From positions 61,442,001 through 61,506,000 of the forward strand of contig CM060732.1 in NCBI GenBank assembly GCA_030704615.1: a stretch of DNA of 64,000 nucleotides, in the 5' to 3' direction. Every line of letters begins with the position of its first letter. The stretch's first letter is position 1. The translations under genes and the position numbers were made by a program. Source of the stretch: Takakia lepidozioides (lineage: Eukaryota > Plantae > Bryophyta). This document shows positions 49,288-62,207 of this stretch, one piece after another. The notes under the pieces were generated by a model that was not told the DNA's origin, did no database searches, and worked only from the letters and a program-made list of their open reading frames with translations.

Positions 49288-50198
49288 CTGACATTAAAGT
49301 TATCCGTTAAGTCCCGCCCTCTTTGACCCTCTCATCCATCCCCACATGTGGCTTTGGTGGGCAGTTTGAGCCTACCTGTTAAGTCCAATAAAATGGGCAC
49401 GAGTTGAGTAAACTGGGCACGAGAGGAACAAAGTGGCCTGCATGTAGCATGGCCTTGTGAATGTAGGAAGGGTCAACATGATGGGATCGTGGGCCCGCGT
49501 CAGGCTTATCCATGTGTCCTAGGACGGGGCGCCGCACGGAGGAAGACAAGATCAAACACGGCTCAGAATTTTGTGTGGCCTCGTCGTAATGAGGCTGGTC
49601 AGGTGATGGGGCCCACCATCTCATTAACATAGGAGCAAACTACCTTCATGCGCTGAGGACTTAGAACTATTTTGGCATATGAAATTACAACTACCTCCAT
49701 GCAAGTAGTTGTAGGGTTTTCTACATGAAGGTAGTTGCAAAACCAAGCTGAACTACCTACATGAGAGTAGTTACAAACTACCTCCATGGAGGTAGCTATA
49801 ATCAGCGACAGACACCAGAACCGCTTTTGGGGAATAGAACCCGAGACCTGCATCACCATCGACGTACCACCAGACCACAACCTCCACATTGCTGAGAAGC
49901 TGACATTTTTTCCATATATAAGAGAAACAGGCCAATAGGGATCGTTTAAATGTAGTGGGGCCCGCTATCAGGTTGTTGTCCCATCTGCACTGTGCGGCCT
50001 CGTTACGACGAGGCCATACAAAATTCTGAGGCATCAAACACATTTGCGCTGGTTTTTCCTACTATTTTGAGTTTGGCCCCCTATTTATTTCGCTTGTACT
50101 TTGTGGGCCTGCTTCATAGACGCTCACCCTCTCTTTTGACCAAACCGGCCGAACTCACCTGCATCCCCTGGACTTAACGGCTAACTTTATTATCGAAG
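49288..50198. mobile_element. MITE-like element with terminal and internal inverted repeats
   Basis: TAAAGTTATCCGTTAAGTCC (~49297) vs GGACTTAACGGCTAACTTTA (~50170); CTCAGAATTTTGTGTGGCCTCGTCGTAA (~49562) vs TTACGACGAGGCCATACAAAATTCTGAG (~50003). Confidence 0.65.
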
Positions 50199-50199
50199 C

Positions 50200-51085
50200 T
50201 GGAATTGAGTCTTATCTTAATTTGGAGACTGCCCTTGTTGACATGTATGCCAAATGTGGGAGCATGAATGATGCCCTCAAGTGTTTGAATATGGCTGAAT
50301 GAAATGTGGTCTCATGGAGTGCAATGATCACAAGATATGCTCAGCATAGATATGGGTGGAGGCTTTCACGATCTACGAGCAAATGCAACAAGAAGGAGTG
50401 ACGTCTAACAGGGTCACTTTCACTTGTGCACTCTACGCTTGTGCCAGTCTAGGAGTCTTGGAACAGGGGGAAAAGGTCCATACTGACATCATTAAAGCTG
50501 GAATTGATGGAGATACAATTAATCTTGAGACTGCCCTTGTTGACATGTATGCCAAATGTGGGAGCATGAAGGATGCCTATCAAGTCTTTGACAACATGGC
50601 TCAACGAAATGTGGTGTCATGGAGTGCGATGATTGCAGGAAGTGGAGCATGGCTGCATGGTGGACCTTCTTCGACGGGCAGGGAGATTGGATGAGTAGAG
50701 GATTTCATCAAGAAAATGCCAATCAACCCAGATGCTTCGGTGTGGGGGGCATTGTTTGGTGCTTGCAGAATTCATTCTGATGTCAAGTTAGCATAACGTG
50801 TGGCAAATATATTCTTAAGTGTGATACATGAATGCTGCCACTTATGTTCTACTATCATATATACATACTGTAGCTGGCAGGTGGGATGATAAAGCTAACA
50901 TGAGAGAAGCGATGGATAACAGAGGAGGAAGGTTGCAGCTGCATTGAGGTGGACAACTGGGTGCACATATTTGTTGTAGAAGACAAACTATATCCACAAA
51001 TTGAGGAAATCCATGTTGAGCTGCAAAGATTGGCTAGGCTGATGAATAATGCAGGGTACTTGTCTGACCCACACTTAGTATTGTA
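50200..51085 (+). pseudogene. PLS-class PPR pseudogene with E/E+ region, truncated at the start of DYW
   Basis: LETALVDMYAKCGSMKDA..RNVVSWSAMIAG; [20 protein letters not shown]; IEVDNWVHIFVVEDKLYPQIEEIH; stops and deletions. Confidence 0.88.
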
Positions 51086-53269
51086 TGTGGCAACAAGGGT
51101 ACGGCAAACAAAGTTTTATGAGTACATTCTCTCTCTCGTCCTCTCCTTGCCCTCTAGGAAGCCTATTGCCGTTGGGAGTAGATAAACGTTTATGTGATTA
51201 AGTGCCAGCCCTTTGACCTCGTGTCTTTGTTTGTTTTGACCTAAAGCACTCTGCTTAGGAAATAAGAGCTTCTCTGCCCTTTTGTACTTCAGATTGTTCT
51301 TAGTTCTTACGGATCAAAGTCCTTCAGAGCAGTCTAGCCTATGAAGACAGTCACAGGAATTGGATAAAGAACCTGTATGGTAGTTTAGAGCAACTCTTAC
51401 TTTCATGTGTAATTATGAAAAGAGCACCGTGGAGGCCTAGGTCTAGGCCAGCCCTGAGATCCTACTAATGAATGAAGACAGGAAGAAGGTGGATCTCTTT
51501 TGAACATGTTCATTCAAATGTTGTGGGGGTTTTGAGGATGGGCTCAAAAGTTGGTAGTTCTGCCTTGCTGAAGTGCCTTCACTTATTTGCTGTGGTATGC
51601 CTCTGGAGTGTCGTGGCAGATGCAAGAAAGAACTTCAAGGTCGGCATGCACTCAATGGGTGTTCATGTGTTTCCTAATTTGATCCAGCATCAGGTCAGCG
51701 ATCTCAATGTTGTGTTCCCATTCCTTTTGAAGAACTTTATCCTTCTACCTCATTTTCATTTTAGTCCATACTTGCTAGAAGGTTTTCCCTTTAAATGGCT
51801 TTGATTAGGGGTTCATATACAGAAACAGACCCAAACTTGTCTTGCACATGGTCATATCAGATACATGTGAATCTTTGTGATAGAAACAACATGATGAACT
51901 TGATGTTTTTGCTGTTACCTATAGTGTTACTTGCTAAGAGTTTCAACTTTGAATTTCTGTTGGTGGGAGGAAGAACAAGAGGGAACAGACTCTGCCTTTG
52001 TGTAGTGGGACTTACACTGATACGAACATGAACAATTTGTTCAGGTAAGATGAAAAGCCTCACAGGTCAAAGTAACATAATGCTTAAAAAAAGACATGAG
52101 GATCCCAGGGCCCATTTACAAGCCCACGTGGTGAATTTGATAAGTTCTTGGGAGGAGTTAGTTCCACGCAGACTTAGTGTATGTCATAGGCACTGTTTTC
52201 AGAAAATCAGCAAGGAGAGCGCATAAAACAAACTACCTTCAACTTTGAAGAGAAATATCAAATCAGTATCAGTATTTTTATCAAGACAAAGATTTTGTTC
52301 GTTGTTTATGTAGACAACTATTTTTTCTCAAGAATGTATCTTCGGATATACTGTAAACAAAAATAACTTGGGCATGTGTATAACTTCAAATAATATAGGA
52401 AAGCGAAATGTTAATGCGGAGAGACAAATAGAATATCCTTTTTTTTTTTTTTTTTTTTTTTTGGTAAACAGGGGATGGAGGCCCTTGAAAATATATTAAG
52501 AAATACGGGAAAAAATAACCCGTGGGGATATAGCCGTAAAGCATATGAAGGGGATACCACCCCGTGAAAATGATTTGAAATCTAAACTAATTGAAATAAA
52601 GATGGAAAAAATATCATATAAGCAACATTCATAATCCAAATCTCGCAATGGTGTTCGTCAACACAATCTGTGACGATGACTCAGTTGTTTTCATGCAAAG
52701 AAATTACAAGAATATACTTGTTGTATCAAAATGGGCCCCCTAGGTGGTTATTTTTTCCACCATTTTGTCAAACTCTCCTTATTCAATTTGATTAAAAGGG
52801 TCTATGTCCCCCTTTCCTTTAAAAAAAAAAATGGGAGTCATTACACCAGCAGTCAGTAGCTTAGTTGATTAATGCATTGAATGCCACCCAGATGATTATG
52901 GGGTCAAATCCTGCTACTTGATGGGTGTGGTATGCTCTTCTCCCCCTTCCCATGGGCGGTGTCCCAGCAGAAAGCCTTCACGGTGAGGTTACTGTGAAAG
53001 AGGTTATTTTCTCCTCTCACTATCAAGGGGCCTGATTTGTGAGCAGTCGCTCCCACGTGTTTCCCTTTAAACCCACAAGGAAGAGACACTTATTTAGGCT
53101 AGCCTCAGCTGGCATTATATATATTCTTTTTTTAAACAAAAATATATCCAATGAAACAAGCCTCAAATTGCAATGGGCTTTCTTGCTTTGGCAAAACATA
53201 AGAGGGGGGAAAAAATAAAAATAAAAAAATACTATGGAGCATGAACCACTGCCTTCATCTGAGTCTAGG

Positions 53270-56200
53270 TCGATGAAATGCGGCACCGCATTTTGTCCTT
53301 CCATCCTTCATCATGGATTCATGCCAGCAGTGATGGCGGGGTTGCATTTCTTCCATACGTATCCTTCCTCCTGGGTTCATGTAGCCTACATGCAACTCTA
53401 CTGGGATGAAATGCGGCGCCGCATTTTGTCCTTCCATCCTCCCGTATGTGTTTCCGGTTGCGAGTATGCCGAAATGAAATACGGTGTCGTATTTTGTCAT
53501 TGTCACCAGTGTTGGACCGGTATATGTATTTTTAAATACCAGACTGGTCCTGGTATGAAGGATCTAATCCCTTATGCATACCAGGCTGGTAAGGGTATGG
53601 TGGCAGGTATGACCTGGTAGAGTATTAATGATCAATAGGGTAAGAGGACTTGTAAAATGGATAGTATATGAGTATGGTATTGGGATTGAATTTATTGATA
53701 TTCATACTGGGGGTATATGAACATTGGTATGGTATAACTTCTCTAAAGCTTCTTAAGCACCAACCAAAGGCTGCAAAGGCGATCACAATAAAACAAGAAA
53801 AGTCCTAACGGACCACATTAAAAGTTGAGGGCAATCTGGCTGCCCAAGGAGATTCGGCGCAATCACGAATCATTTCATTGAAAAGAGTCTTTTTGTGCAG
53901 CATGGGGGCTCAACCCTAACGCCCTCTCCCTACTTGTACTGAGCTCCATCGACGCCGCTTGCAACCCTCAATAATGGTATCGTAGGCAGTATAACAACAA
54001 CGACAACCCAAGCTGGTCTAGTATCGACGAGCATATCCTTAACTCAATATTCACTCCAGTAGGTTATGAACCTGGGTATAATGTTCTTTCATACCAGTAG
54101 GGTATGGTTCTTCATACCATTACTCATACCTTTATTGAATACTCAGGTCTGACCATATATACCGGTCTAGCACTGGTTACCACACAGCCAACTACTAATA
54201 AGACAGCCCTGCAAGCACCGAGTAGTCCACTTTCACAGGGATTGTCTGCACTATGACCACAACCTCCGATAGTGGATCTCGCCCTCCTCCAAAGCTTTCG
54301 TCTCCCAGGGCAACCTTTGACCTCGCCTCAATTAGCCACGGCTATGGCATGACAAGGGCAAGCGTCAGTGGCTTCAGGCCTTCATAGTTTTAGGCGTGAT
54401 CGGTGTCCGCTTTTGGACCCTCCTTGAGGTGGCCACTGCAAGAAGCATAAGGATAAAGGAAAGCATGACCAGTTCCCAATGAAACCAATTCCCCTTGTGG
54501 AAAAGTCATTGCTGCAAGAATACAAAAAGGAACTCGGGGAGACATCTGTCACTGTTTCCACCATTGGACTTGCGGAATTAGGCACCCATTTAGCAAGTGT
54601 TCATGTTCTAGTAGGTCTAGCATTGGGTGCCGCACAAAACACTACCAACTTCGCATACTTGGATGAGGAGGTTCGCGAGCCAACTCTTGATTTGGACACT
54701 TCCATTGCCGTTTTTCCTACCCCCTCTTGGTGTATGAACTTTATGATCCTTCATGCAGCCAAGAGCTCTCTAAAGAAGAGGTTTTCCTTGAAATGAATTT
54801 GGAATTCGTTCACATAGTCTTCCATTGTCAATGTTCCATCCCAAGAGATGTCTAGCTTGAATTGCATCATCTAAATGTTCAGCTGATCCTTCGCATTGGC
54901 ATGTCTAAGTCTCGAATCAGATGCCGTGTTAAGCCCTTGTGGATTTTGGAACTTGAAGCAAAACAAATCATTGGGTTGCAGATATTTGCCTGGAACCAGC
55001 AAGTCATCATGTTCAGCCAACATTGAACTTGTCATCAAATATCTTTCTTAGGAAACAACATATGCTAAGTGTCTCGTCTGATCCATTCCAGATAGTAAGC
55101 CACCTTGTCTGCCATTCGAATTTGACATTAGATAGAGCAAAAGTTTAAACAAGCTTACTTTCTCTTTTGCATCAACACAAGCCGTTGAGACATGATGCAA
55201 TTTCTCCAAATGCATGGTTGGGTTGATGAGTCGAGAACAATGCTTTGAAATCTCCACCAAAAAGTTTTTTCCAAGGGCTAGATCCACTATCGCAACATAT
55301 TTGACAAGCTTAGACTTGTATTTGATTATGAAATTTGCTCTAGCAGCAACCATGTACATGTGGAGCGATTCCACGGTTTGGGTTTTGTCGTCACATTCCA
55401 AGAAGAAGCGTTTGACATGAGCCAAAGCTAATATGATATGCGGCTGAAAAAAACCACATCTACATAACATGCAATAAGTAGGGCTGGATAGAGGAAAGTA
55501 GATACGATGGACCTGTATATAGTGACATGGAAATTGATGAATTGGACAACCTCGTAACTGTGCTCCAACATTGTATCCATGTTAAGGTGATACCATGTCC
55601 GGTCATAATTGGCTTCAGCTTTTCAAATCAGGTCTGCATCTAACATGTCCTTGAATTCTCTTACATGAGTCTCACCCACTTGTTGAACTTTGTACAACAT
55701 ATGTGCCATATGGGTTTGGACATATGCATGCTCAATCACCCTGCAACACAACCGGCCCAAATGAATATCAACACTCAAACGTTGGGAGATTATAGAACAA
55801 ATCCAATTGCAATTACATGTAACCATGAAAACATTAGGATTCCGAAATGTGGCACCGCATTCCAAGATTATAGGCCCGCATCTAGATACAAGTTATTATA
55901 TGTTGAGGTATGCTATGGCGGCTTTCAAAAGACTCCGATCTTTTGCTTCCACCTTCAAGACCACGTTGTCCACCATATAAATTTGCCAATGGATGTCATC
56001 AGGGTGGCTATACTTGATGTACTTTCTCCAAGCAAGGAGACGGTGCCCCACATATAGAATATTATTCTTGTCATATGTGCAAATATCTTATCGAACTCTG
56101 CGTTGCAAGTGTGCTAGTGGGACCCCAAAGATGCCTCTTCTTCCGGATTGAGAATTTAAGTTTGTCCACGTCGCCAAAGAGAGTAAGCCTCACCAATGGG

Positions 56201-56680
56201 AGGGATATCACATAGGGAAATTTGGAGAGTATGCAAATATTTCATATTCCCAAGAACTATGCCAATATTGTTGTGCGCCTCCTCGAACATCTTGGCGGCT
56301 GTAACTTGCGTGTCCTTCCGTGACGTCTGAGGGACTAAGGGCGAGGGCTGTTCATGCTAAGCATGTCTTGCTTATTAATGTCCCAAAAAGCCTTAAAGTG
56401 TCAGTCTGAACTAGGAAATGTGGCGCCATATTTAAGCAAAAAATTGGAAATGTCGAAATCTAGAATGCGAAATGTAATGCCTCAATTCCCTTTATCTCCA
56501 TTTCGTTTTCGTGCTATTGAGTCATCCTCAAATGAAAACTGATAAAGTCAAAATCTAGAATGCGAAATGTGGCGTTGCATTTTCAGTAAAATGCTACGAG
56601 GCTGACCGCATTTTTGCAGTTTTACCTTTAGGCACCGAGCAAAATGTGTATGTGGGAAAATGCGTCACCACATTTTCTTC
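53270..56680 (-). mobile_element. Highly degenerate Mutator-like element with SWIM remnant, bounded by short palindromes (AAATGCGGCGCCGCATTT-like)
   Basis: LCRCGFF..HI..ALAH SWIM-like motif at ~55420-55470; palindromes clustered at 53275-53495 and 56375-56680. Confidence 0.45.
53507..54175. mobile_element. MITE with CAGTG-type TIRs (hAT-like)
   Basis: CAGTGTTGGACCGGTATAT ... ATATACCGGTCTAGCACTG; internal GGTATG/CATACC inverted motifs; no clear TSD. Confidence 0.6.
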
Positions 56681-56714
56681 CTGACAGATATGCATGGAGA
56701 GTAACAACGTTTGG

Positions 56715-57275
56715 CCGTGAGCTCAGGCTCTGAGCATGTGGAGCCCAGACTCACGCTTTGATGACGTGGCGTGCGCCTAGGCTCACGATTGTCCACGTGG
56801 CTGAATTCATGGCCTACGCCACGTCATGATCAACTAGTAAGGGTGTCTATTCCCGTGGACATGACTCCCCTATTGCCGCGGTTTAAATTGGAGATTAATT
56901 AAGAGATTTGTCACCACGATATCGTATGTCTAGTCCTACAGAACAGATCTGGAGACGAGGATTGTGTAATATACCTGTCCATATCGTGGAGGAGAAACAT
57001 CTATGAAACGACAACAACCCCAAGCATCTTATATCTCCAGCAACCCCTACCCCAAGCCTCTCCTATCGTCTCTACTACAAATGTGACAGATAGCTCAACA
57101 GTACAATAGGTAGTATAGACAATAAGAGAGGTATGAGGTTGCTACAAAACAAGTATGCGTTGACGCACACTTGTTTTTCAGCCCTTGTCAAAACCAAAAA
57201 AAGAGAAAAATCATTTTATTTTATTTATTTATTTTTGGATGTGCGTGTTTGCGTATGTGCTCCAAAACAAGTGTG
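56715..57275. mobile_element. Relic of a relative of the MULE/ParB-MTase element: terminal motifs plus ~1.5 palindromic array units
   Basis: 56810-56880 resembles the reverse complement of 28068-28130; palindrome GCTACAAAACAAGTATGCG-TTGA-CGCACACTTGTTTTTCAGC at 57141-57182; half copy 118 bp later. Confidence 0.55.
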
Positions 57276-57399
57276 ATTGATAGGTACCCCCCCCCCCCCC
57301 CCCCCCGGTGATAGGTCCACAGGTTTCGGAAAGGGTAGGCTCATGTCCGACTCACGATCTAGCACACCCCTATGGAGAGGGACCAGAGTTATTTCGTGC

Positions 57400-57775
57400 T
57401 AAAGCAAATGAATTGGATGGATCACTTGGATGGCCAACATTATATTGTTATAACATTACAAAACGCTCCGTAAGACAGGCTTTTTTTTTCTAAGTGGTAT
57501 ACGGGAAAACACATTGGGTGCCTAGAGTTACTTGGGCTGCCCAAGCGATAGAAAATGATGTCGATGGGAATGACGAAAACGTTCCGACAATGATATCGAT
57601 GTTGGAGGAACGCAAACATTGTATGGAGCTTGCGTGGTCAACATTGCCAAGGCATATAAATGCTACGAGAAACAAACTAATCATACACGGCAAGAAATTA
57701 AAAAGCATAATTGAACATGAGTACAAAATATCGACCAATAAAATGATATTAGAAACGGACTTGGATGTTGAATAA
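57400..57775 (+). pseudogene. Degenerate Gypsy integrase C-terminal fragment
   Basis: FF..VYGK...P motif followed by a helical segment, as at the end of the integrase core. Confidence 0.4.
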
Positions 57776-58508
57776 AAAAGTTCATTTGTCAACAAAGTGG
57801 ATATCATGTTATAATATCTTAATGTTTTCGTTGTATATATCACATTGGATTTTATCTCTATCAATTAAATTTAATACATATATTTGTTTATCACGTCCAA
57901 TGAAACATACAAAAGTTTTTAGTATTTCAATGCGGTTGTTATGATTGTATATGAAGTTCAATTAAAGTTTGAAAAAATGTTTGATGACACCAAATAAATT
58001 GTTGTACATCATTTCAACCTACTTGTAAGAACAGTAAAATGTGTTGGGCTACCTTATTAAATCGCAACCCACAGTCTGAGAAAAACAATGGATGAGATTT
58101 AGGGCACTTTACATAAATAAACATACGCAATTATATTCTGAGTGATAATGCTTACATTCTTATGATTTGCACATCATGTTATGTACAAACAACTTAAGAA
58201 GACAATCGTTATCAGATGAAAATAATAACATTACTATTTAATTATAGAGTAAGAACAGAATAAAAATTAATCTGTTTTTTCTCCGTTCCATAAATGTAGC
58301 ACTCTAGAGATTATTTCTGTCTTATTTTCCTTGAACAAATTAAGTAACTATTGATGATATGATTTAGATAAAAAAAAATTATTAAAAAAATAAGATTCAA
58401 ATACATTAATCAAAAATTATTCTCTCCGAAATAATTTCAATAAAATTTTATTTATAATTCAACACATGTACCACCTACTAGCCAAAAATCAAATTTCCAG
58501 TCAACAAT

Positions 58509-61500
58509 CTATGGTGGAGGATCAATGTCTGTTGTAAACGCCTGGTAATTTACAGTTTTGTTCTTCATATCATCATATTTTTGGCAGAGAAGACTTATTT
58601 CATCAGGCTCTAATCGCACTCCAACTTGACTACTAAGAGCCTGCGAGAACTGAAAATACGTGACATGGCCCACGACACCTATGCACAATTTTGTTATTGC
58701 AAAGTCATCAAACGCACCGCGTACATAGATTCGTCTGTCATATAGCTCTTTTCTTATACGTCTCATAATTTCTTGTACTAGAACTTCTTTCTTGGGTTCC
58801 AAATACACAATGGCTCCATGGAATCGTTCCGGGGTGAGGCCCTTTAACTTTGGTACTTGTAATACCTATCATCACAATTGCACAAGTATGGGTATGCAGT
58901 CATATAATTATGTATCTTTCGCATTAATAATAAAGATGATAACAAATTGTAATTCAATTGTTTTGAATTTAAGTTTTTCTAAAAAAATTGAACTTAATAC
59001 AAAATTATCCATTTATATTTTATCATAATTATCTGATTATTCTATTTATATTTATATTCAGACAATTTGTAATGTGAAATGTAATTTAAAAAAAAAGTTG
59101 GCATAAAAAAAAAATCGATGTGTTCAAATGAATTAGAGAGATAGAAAATATGTACTTCTCTCAATGGCGTTTTCTCCAGCTCCTTGAGGGTATAAATAGT
59201 ATCAATTTCATCGCAAAAGGCAGTCCAACATGTACGACGCATTGGATCATCATTCATGCGCCAATTGTCAACAAGCACTTTCATTTCTTGCACACTCACA
59301 ATCAGTTTGGAGTTATCAATGGCTGCTGCCATTTGCTCATCAATGATAAGGCGATGACGCAAAGGATCATAGTCTCGAAAGAACTCACGAATACGATTGC
59401 GATTTTTGTATACTTGTGTTTTTATATTATTTATTGCTGTGTCAACATCATAACCATCACTCCGCACCTATAGCATCAAATACAATAGATTCTTAGCGTA
59501 ATAGCACATAACCATTCCATATTTTATGTCACCTACCCCCAAACTTGAATGATTGATTTTTTTGTTTTATTTTTCCAAAAGGCATTCGCCATTTAGTTTA
59601 TTAGAGTGGAAAAATTAAGTTGATTTTTTAAATGGATTATATAATATAAAACGTGTTTGAAATTGTTTTGCATCCTTTTGTATAAATTAATAATTTTAGT
59701 ATAATAAGCTATGTTCAATGGTGGGTGGCATGCAAAACTATGTACCTTCCATTGTTTAATAAAAAGGAGTTCGAAATCTCTGCAGTCTGGAATGCTAGCG
59801 CCGATTAGCGAGTAATATTCCGTAAAATCTTCTAATGTAACTTTTGGTAGCAACCCAAATGACTCATTTAACCAATTTTGAAATGCCTCATCCTCTGTAT
59901 TTTGTTGAATCATGACCAATGGATGACATTTGATGTTGTAAATTTCACAGAGACGATCTATTGTGACCGATCCTTTTGATTCCTATATTTCCAATATCCG
60001 CAAATAAATAAATAAAAAAATAAAAAAATGCTTAGAATGCAATATCGAATATTTTAATGCTATAATTTATTGATAATAATTTTATTATAATATAAATAAA
60101 TAGATACTAATAGAATAAAAGCTAATAAATTGCAGTTCATAATTTTTATTACAGTTACAATTAACAGAATTTCATTTTATATACCATGGGTTTAGATAAG
60201 TTGTTATATACTTATAATATACAAGACAATGTAGAGGAATTATCTTATACATGAAATGATTTATATCATGTAAAATTTTAGTACATTTTATTAGATATTA
60301 AGGTAAAAGCAAGATTCATATGCAGTAACAATCTGTAAATTGAATCAATGTTTGATTAAAACAGACTTTTTACAGAAAATGCATACAATGTTGACCAACT
60401 ATCTATTATATATTGACCGAGAGAGAGAGAGAGAGAGAGAGAGGACTTTGGCCATAGCCAGCATAGGTAAGAGCCATTTCACCTTTGAGCTAGTGCATAT
60501 TGACCTCCATGATAAGATATTTCAATATATAAACAAATTCAAGAACCATAAATATAATAATATACCTTGTCAAGTTTTTTGAATGCAGTTTTCACTAGTT
60601 TGTCTCTAAATTGATTCAGCTGCAAAAACATTTACTTCACCTTCAGTCAACGGAATTTTGAAAACTACAAGATTTTCATTTAAGTTCAAGTATAAAATAA
60701 ACACCATGAAGAATTATCTCCTAGAATATTTATTTATATACAACTATCAATAGAATTAAATCAATAATACGACCAGTTTTAGAAACATTAGCATATTTAA
60801 TGTAGTTGGGAACATTTCACTAGAGGAAAAGTATTTTTCACGACATGTTAATAGTTGTGTAATTAAGTACAAAGAGAGTACATGTTAATTTACAGATAGT
60901 GTCTTATATAATTAATTTTAAACTCATAAAATGATGCATTTATAAATTTTAATCTTTTTATATTTTCTCTCTCATATATATTTTCTCTGTAATAGATTAG
61001 AGGTGTTACTTTGGGAAGGTACAACAGGACCAAATTTTTGGCATCAATGTTGTCTTCTCGAGGAGCCAATTAACATGAGCTGCAAAGATTCTTTGAAATA
61101 GATATAAGAATACAATATTAAAACATAGATTTAAGTCTGTTTAGAGGAAAATAACCTACATGGCCACGGACGCATTCCATAAAGGTTCCGAAATGAAACT
61201 CTTTGCCACATGTTGCATGTGTTCTCATGAGTAAAGCAAGCTCCTGGATCAATTAAACTATACAAAGTCAATTGATGTTCAGAATTGTGTGAAACATTCA
61301 ATTGTTTGTTTTATACAGCTTCCTAATACTTGTTTGTGAACATTCAACCATGACCAGTGTACCATAAACTTTTGTTCTACCATCAAACCATCCATACTTG
61401 AACCTCAAAGCCTAAGACATTTACAAACTCTTTGAGTAGAAAGTTTAGTGATCAATATAGATCAACAAAGATGGATCAATGCGATGCAAAAGAGTATGAT

Positions 61501-62207
61501 TGAGAAATTGAGGTGGAGAAGGACGTAATGGATAAGTTCACCTCGGGATTCAGTCGGATCCCTGTAAACTTCATGAATTCCCGCCATGTTGCAATGTCAA
61601 AGCGCCTGTTTTTGTCACATTTTGCATTGAAATTGACAAGTGCCTGCCATGCATTAACCCAATTTCAAACTCTCTCGACGCGCTTTTCTTTGTGACCCTA
61701 GACCATGAAAACCTCACTAATGACTTGTCTCTTTCCTTCTTCTAGTCTCTTGGCGTAGGGCTTGTGGATGTTAAAAATTTCCTCTTGCTGGAAGTCTCCA
61801 AAGACTAGTGTCGACCTTCACTGCATATATTGGCTCTTTTCTTGGCTGGTTTCATATTTTCTTGGCTGGTATGCTGTTGGTTGGCTTCTTTCATTTCACC
61901 TTCTCATGTGGGAGAGCAGACTCAACAACATGAAGTCCAAGATTATGAAGAGAAAATGTTGATTAGTTGTGTAAAACGCCTACAAGCTGAAATCACATGC
62001 TCATTCCTAAATAGGTTTAGCACCAAAGATAGAATAGATTTTGTCCATTTATCGACTGCATAAAGTTTTCCCTCTCAAAGAATATCCTCTTTGAATGAAA
62101 GAATTCATTTGTGATTCCTAAGTGTGAGATACCAAGATGCCTTTGGCTCCCAATCGCTGTAGCTGGTCGCGAATACATTCATGCACGAAGAAGATCGGAA
62201 GGACCAT
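58509..62207 (-). CDS. Calcyphosin-like EF-hand protein with additional C-terminal EF-hand-like repeats, 7 exons, 406 aa, apparently intact
   Basis: Exons 62133-62207, 61542-61643, 61160-61243, 60566-60619, 59746-59982, 59156-59467, 58509-58865; all GT-AG and phase 0; spliced product includes IRDQLQRLGAKGIL..VRGHLNQFRDKLVKTAFKKLDK..YNIKCHP..VTLEDFTEYYSLIGASI..FELLFIKQWK, the calcyphosin pattern. Confidence 0.88.
60419..60442. repeat. (GA)n microsatellite in an intron
   Basis: Direct reading. Confidence 0.9.

Noticed and set aside
51085-52090. Possible retroelement remnant truncating the PPR pseudogene
   Set aside because: No recognisable domain motif or paired terminus
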